DNA from: an uncultured Pseudomonadota bacterium
GTDB lineage: Bacteria; Vulcanimicrobiota; Vulcanimicrobiia; Eremiobacterales; Eremiobacteraceae
Length of the DNA stretch: 64,000 nt
Reading direction: 5' to 3'
Assembly: GCA_963736005.1 (NCBI GenBank)
Contig: CAVTNB010000001.1
Coordinates: 672,001 to 736,000, forward strand
The translations under genes were made by a program, and so were the position numbers. The notes beneath the pieces were generated by a model that saw only the letters and a list, made by a program, of their open reading frames with translations, was not told the origin of the DNA and searched no databases. Below are positions 59,814 to 64,000 of this stretch, one piece after another; within the stretch, counting starts at the first letter, position 1, and each line of letters starts with the position of its first letter.

Positions 59814-60986
59814 CAATCGAGGCGGCTCCAAGTCCGCCGGCTCCAGTCGAATCATGTATTTGCGACCAACCTCGTACGCTTCGGTCTGCGTGTCAACCAA
59901 GCGAACGCGTACCCGGCCGGTTGTGGGGTCGAGCATCTCCTGCAGGGTCACGGGCGTAACCTTGCCACCACGGAGAGCGACCATAGCGCCCGACCCACCG
60001 GAGAGCAAGTATCTGACGGCCCCATACCCCAGCGTTCGCGCGTACTCGACATCGAACGCGACAGGCTTTGCGCATCGCAATTCATAGCCGATGTCTTTGG
60101 CGACGATCGTCACGTCCAAGGTGAGCGCTTTGAGCGCGGCCGTCAGCGAGCGTTTCAGCAGATCTCCTAGATCAACGTCCGTGAGACGAACGTTGCCGTA
60201 GGCGTCGCGTCCGGCGCTTTCCAGCGATCCGAGCTCTGCGGGATCGAGTCGTTCGGCAAGCCCTTCCGCGATGACGGCTACTCCGTGATTGTGATCGGAA
60301 ACTCGGCGCTTGATGATGCTGCCAACGATGGTGTCGGTCACGATGCTCAGTGGCACCGTGCCCGCAGGATACTCTTCGGGTATCACAGCCAGCGTCGCGC
60401 CAGCTGCTTTGGCGATGCCGAGCGCCAAGGCGCCGGATTTTCTACCCATCGTGATGACGAGGTACCAGCGTGTGGTGGTGCGAGCATCTTCCATCAAGCT
60501 TTCGACAATGTTCGTTCCCACCGCGCGAGCCGTCTCGAAACCAAACGTCGGCATGTTGTCGGGCAAGGGCAAATCGTTGTCGATTGTCTTGGGGACAGTG
60601 GCAACGTGAATCGAGCCAGCGGCACGTTCGGCGATACGCGCAGCCCCAAAAGTCGTATCGTCGCCACCAATGCACAACAAATGCGTGATGCCAAGGGTCC
60701 GCAATGCGCGCACGGCATTATCCAGCGAGCGTTCGTCCTTGGCCGGGTTGGTGCGCGACGTTCGAAGAATCGACCCGCCCAGCCAGTGGATGCGGCTGAC
60801 CTCTTCAATGGAAACCTCTGCGCTGTGCGTTGCATCGCCTAAAACAAGCCACTGGTAGCCGTCGTAGATCCCGATGACGCGGCAACCTTCGTTGATCGCC
60901 TCGATGGTCGCCGAAGCGATAACGCCATTGATTCCGGGTGCCGGCCCGCCTCCAACAAGAATACCAAGCGTCGGCTTGTTCGTCAT
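59736..60986 (-). CDS. pfp: Phosphofructokinase, PPi-dependent signature
   Basis: GGGPAPG.N, GGDDT and PKTIDND (Asp/Lys typical of PPi-using enzymes), MGR..G, GYELR. Confidence 0.88.
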   Translation of the reverse strand: MTNKPTLGILVGGGPAPGINGVIASATIEAINEGCRVIGIYDGYQWLVLGDATHSAEVSIEEVSRIHWLGGSILRTSRTNPAKDERSLDNAVRALRTLGITHLLCIGGDDTTFGAARIAERAAGSIHVATVPKTIDNDLPLPDNMPTFGFETARAVGTNIVESLMEDARTTTRWYLVITMGRKSGALALGIAKAAGATLAVIPEEYPAGTVPLSIVTDTIVGSIIKRRVSDHNHGVAVIAEGLAERLDPAELGSLESAGRDAYGNVRLTDVDLGDLLKRSLTAALKALTLDVTIVAKDIGYELRCAKPVAFDVEYARTLGYGAVRYLLSGGSGAMVALRGGKVTPVTLQEMLDPTTGRVRVRLVDTQTEAYEVGRKYMIRLEPADLEPPRLLALAAAARLEPSEFQKRFEPVVNGR

Positions 60987-61558
60987 TGCGGCTCTGGCGC
61001 GCGCACTTGCGCTGCTCTTAATTGGGCCATCCGCGGCGTGTTCGCGGGATAGTTTCCATCCGCATGCCGATCCAGCCATAACCGGGAGCGTGCTGCAGCG
61101 TATTCGAAATTCTCGAACGACGATTCACCATAGCGCTCCCGAACCGTCATGACGACCGGTTCGAGCAGATCCCAGAAACCAAGCATCTGCGGCGCTGCGA
61201 CATCGAGCCACGAGCGCTCATCGATGAGGCCATATTTTATAAACAAGCCGATTTGCTCCCAGAAGTCGGCGACCGCAAATTCGTCGTGCTGAGTCCGAGA
61301 GATCGGCCCCTTTGCGAGGTGCGCGGCAAGCTCGGCGAGGAAGCTCGGCTCCTTGAGTCGCTCTTGCAACTCACCGCGCACATAGGAAAGATGCTCTTGC
61401 AGCGGCGCTTGGTTCCATAACTCCATTAAGGTCAGCAGCGCGTTGAGCTCGTTGCTCGCGCGCAGATGACGCAGCTGAATGAGCGCCGCAATGGCAGTCG
61501 CGCCAATGACCACAAATGTGCCGCCAGCGAAAATGCTGCTCAAAACCTCTGGTGACAT
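60983..61558 (-). CDS. DUF4760-like protein (paralog 2)
   Basis: TM + QLRHLRASNE, DFWEQIG, FENFEYAA, HADGNYP..TPRM; ATGA overlap with pfp. Confidence 0.7.
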   Translation of the reverse strand: MSPEVLSSIFAGGTFVVIGATAIAALIQLRHLRASNELNALLTLMELWNQAPLQEHLSYVRGELQERLKEPSFLAELAAHLAKGPISRTQHDEFAVADFWEQIGLFIKYGLIDERSWLDVAAPQMLGFWDLLEPVVMTVRERYGESSFENFEYAAARSRLWLDRHADGNYPANTPRMAQLRAAQVRAPEPQ

Positions 61559-61560
61559 CG

Positions 61561-62121
61561 TCAAAGCTCTGGATCCGCCGGAAACGGATCGACGACCGGA
61601 AGGTGTGGGGTGTTTCTTGGAAACAGGCCGTCCGGGTGCTTTGATTCCCAAATCATGGCGCGCGAGACGAGATACTCAAAGTTGTCGTATGCCTGCGGGC
61701 CACGTTTGCGGCGAATGATCGCAACGACGGGCATGAGTTTCTGCCAAGCCCTGATTGCCGTCGGACCTCCCGATTCCATCACCGTCTCGTCAGCAATGTA
61801 GCCGAGTTTGAGCATGCCTCCGAGCGACTCCCAAAAATCTAGATACTGGACTTCGGGGTGCGCGAGCCTATCGATGATAGGACTGCCCAGCTCCGCTCGA
61901 TAGGTTGGGTCGATCAGCTTGCGGTCCAATTCCCCACTGAACACATAGTTTGCGTGTTCGCGAGCTTGCGGGCTCGACCACTTGTCCATGAAGCCGAGAA
62001 AACCGCTGATGGCGTTGCCTGCACGCATGTGGCGCAATTGAAAGACGGCTGCGATCGCCGATGCTGCGATAACGATCATCGTGACGAAGGTCGAAATCGC
62101 GGAGAGTTCATCCCACTTCAT
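61561..62121 (-). CDS. DUF4760-like protein (paralog 3)
   Basis: TM + QLRHMRAGN, DFWESLG, YDNFEYL, HPDGLFP..TP. Confidence 0.7.
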   Translation of the reverse strand: MKWDELSAISTFVTMIVIAASAIAAVFQLRHMRAGNAISGFLGFMDKWSSPQAREHANYVFSGELDRKLIDPTYRAELGSPIIDRLAHPEVQYLDFWESLGGMLKLGYIADETVMESGGPTAIRAWQKLMPVVAIIRRKRGPQAYDNFEYLVSRAMIWESKHPDGLFPRNTPHLPVVDPFPADPEL

Positions 62122-62660
62122 AGGTTGCTCTTAGCATCGACGTGCATGCGTGGAGTACCTTTTGGATAATTACCAACAGGATGTTTCCCTATCCAGACTT
62201 GCGCCCGAGCTGCGAGATATTCGAAGTTTTCGAAGACAAACGGTCGATTCCGACGCACCAGCATCACCACAGGCTCCAAGAGCCGCCAGTACAGCCTCAC
62301 ATTATACCAATGAGCGCGGAGAAACAGCTCCTCGTCGATGAGGCCACCGCGAGTATACGATCCGATCTCTTCATACATCTCGCACAGATGGAGTTCGGGG
62401 TGTTCCCGACGATCGACGGGAATTTTTTCCAAACCAGCACGAAAGCTTCCGCTTTCCAGATGAGACGGCAAATCCTGGCGCACGTAGTTGATGAGTTCGA
62501 GCACCTGGGGCTGCTGAAACAGCTGGAGGACCGAGAGGAGCCCAGGCAGTTGGTTGCTGTGACGGATGTGACGCAACTGAACGAGTGCGGCAAGAGCGCT
62601 GACCGTTACGACGACAAACGTTCCCAGCGTGCCCACGGCGATCCATGACTCAGGGGACAT
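62118..62660 (-). CDS. DUF4760-like protein (paralog 4)
   Basis: TM + QLRHIRHSNQ, EMYEEIG, FENFEYLA, HPVGNYP..TPRM. Confidence 0.7.
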   Translation of the reverse strand: MSPESWIAVGTLGTFVVVTVSALAALVQLRHIRHSNQLPGLLSVLQLFQQPQVLELINYVRQDLPSHLESGSFRAGLEKIPVDRREHPELHLCEMYEEIGSYTRGGLIDEELFLRAHWYNVRLYWRLLEPVVMLVRRNRPFVFENFEYLAARAQVWIGKHPVGNYPKGTPRMHVDAKSNL

Positions 62661-62665
62661 AGCGA

Positions 62666-62727
62666 GGGGCGATTTTCCAATCGCCCCATCGATAACCTTG
62701 ACGAAGGGGCGATTTTTCAATCGCCCC
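62666..62727. repeat. Two REP type B copies lacking the CTAC flank
   Basis: ggggcgattttccaatcgcccc (62666-62687) and ggggcgatttttcaatcgcccc (62706-62727). Confidence 0.88.
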
Positions 62728-62734
62728 GGCGGCA

Positions 62735-64000
62735 CTAGGAACCGGTCGGTTGAGGGGCCGGCGGCTTGAGCGGCTCGCCGATCTTGCGAAAAACCGACTT
62801 GCCGTCTTCGACATCCATCTGGATGTGATCGCCCACCTTGAAAGTGCCTCGCAGCAGCTCTTCGGAGAGCGGGTCCTCAACCAGACGTTGAATGGCTCGG
62901 CGCAGCGGGCGCGCGCCAAACTGGGGATCCCAGCCTTCCTTGGCGATGAACTCCTTTGCGGCTTCGGTGGCCTCGAGCGCCACGCGCTGGTTCTCCAGCT
63001 CCTTGACGACCTTGGCCAGCTCGAGAGCGACGATTTGCTTGATTTCGTCGAGGTCGAGCGAATGAAAGACAACGACTTCGTCGATGCGGTTAAGAAATTC
63101 TGGCCGGAAGAGATGCTTGACTTCCTCCAGGATTTTGTTCTTCATCCGCTCGTAACGAATGGCCGTCGAACCCTCTTCCTTGATCGAACGGAAGCCGATT
63201 TCGGCTGCCTTGACCATCCCCATGGTGCCTACGTTGCTCGTCATGATGATGAGGCTGTGCTTGAAATCGACCACGCGACCTTGCGAATCGGTCAGGCGCC
63301 CATCTTCAAGAACCTGCAGCAGCAAGTTGAAGACGTCTGGATGAGCCTTCTCGATCTCATCAAGCAGCACCACGGCGTACGGACGCCGACGGACCGCTTC
63401 TGTGAGCTGGCCACCCTCTTCGTATCCGACGTATCCTGGCGGTGCGCCGACCAGCCGCGAGACCGAATATTTCTCCATATACTCGGACATGTCGATACGA
63501 ACCATCGACGTCGACATCGTCGAAGAGAAATTCCGCGAGCGTTCGCGCGAGTTCTGTCTTGCCAACGCCCGTCGGGCCCAGAAATATGAAGGAACCGATA
63601 GGCCGCATGGGGCTCTTGAGCCCGGCACGCGCTCTTCGAATCGCCCGCGTGATGACCTTGATCGCCTCGTCTTGGCCAACGATGCGCTTGTGCAGCGCCC
63701 CCTCCATGTTGAGCAGCTTGAGGGTCTCTTCTTCTTTGAGCTTGCTCACCGGAATGCGCGTCCAGGTTGAGACGATGTGTGCGATTTCTTCCGGGCCGAC
63801 GGTATTGGTCGTGGTCGCCTTTGACGTTGCGCTTCTCGCGCCACTCTTCTTCCATCTGCGTCTTGCTGAGCGCGCAACTTTTCTTCGCGGTCGCGGATTT
63901 GCGCAGCTTTCTCGAACTCTTGCGCCTTGATAACCGCTTCTTTCTCGGTGCTGCACTTTGCGGATTTCGGTTTCGACTTCACGGATTTCCGGAGGCAGTG
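62735..64000 (-). CDS. clpC: ClpC ATPase, 3' part (5' outside window; several frameshifts)
   Basis: UVR-like [64 protein letters not shown], spread over three frames. Confidence 0.93.

Noticed and set aside
63490..63982. clpC as a pseudogene or programmed frameshift
   Set aside because: At least three scattered single-base indels (near 63510, 63860, 63955) in an otherwise conserved housekeeping gene, with no slippery site; most likely sequencing error.

Overview
High-GC bacterial chromosome segment. Gene order is Firmicutes-like (PIN/TRAM-ispD-ispF-gltX-cysE-cysS-rlmB-sigH; cmk-plsC-ispH; rpmB-fakA-plsX-degV), yet it carries a full hopanoid cluster and a probable outer-membrane barrel. I infer a diderm Terrabacteria lineage such as Eremiobacterota/Vulcanimicrobiota; this is not verified. 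About 13.2-64 kb is mostly core metabolism: tRNA synthetases, MEP pathway, lipid genes, a GT2 + PMT-type glycosylation pair, hopanoid synthesis with an unusual Fni-YjbQ fusion, histidine utilisation with a formiminotransferase, leucine catabolism, PPi-type PFK and the 3' part of clpC. About 1-13.2 kb is accessory DNA around tRNA-Thr(UGU). The best candidate for an undescribed system is at 4.7-12.7 kb: two divergently transcribed paralogous PDZ/multi-TM/GAF-like receptors with no output domain, clustered with three secreted proteins and a CBM9/DUF5916-like protein. Other highlights: four DUF4760-like paralogs; a GTAG-type REP family that supplies stop codons and probable ribosome-binding sites and brackets an inserted gene; an 8-bp tandem repeat upstream of the glycosylation genes; and structured SD-masking leaders before cysE and the hopanoid operon. 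hutU and clpC carry many single-base frameshifts, probably sequencing errors. All calls come from motif recognition by eye; no searches were run.
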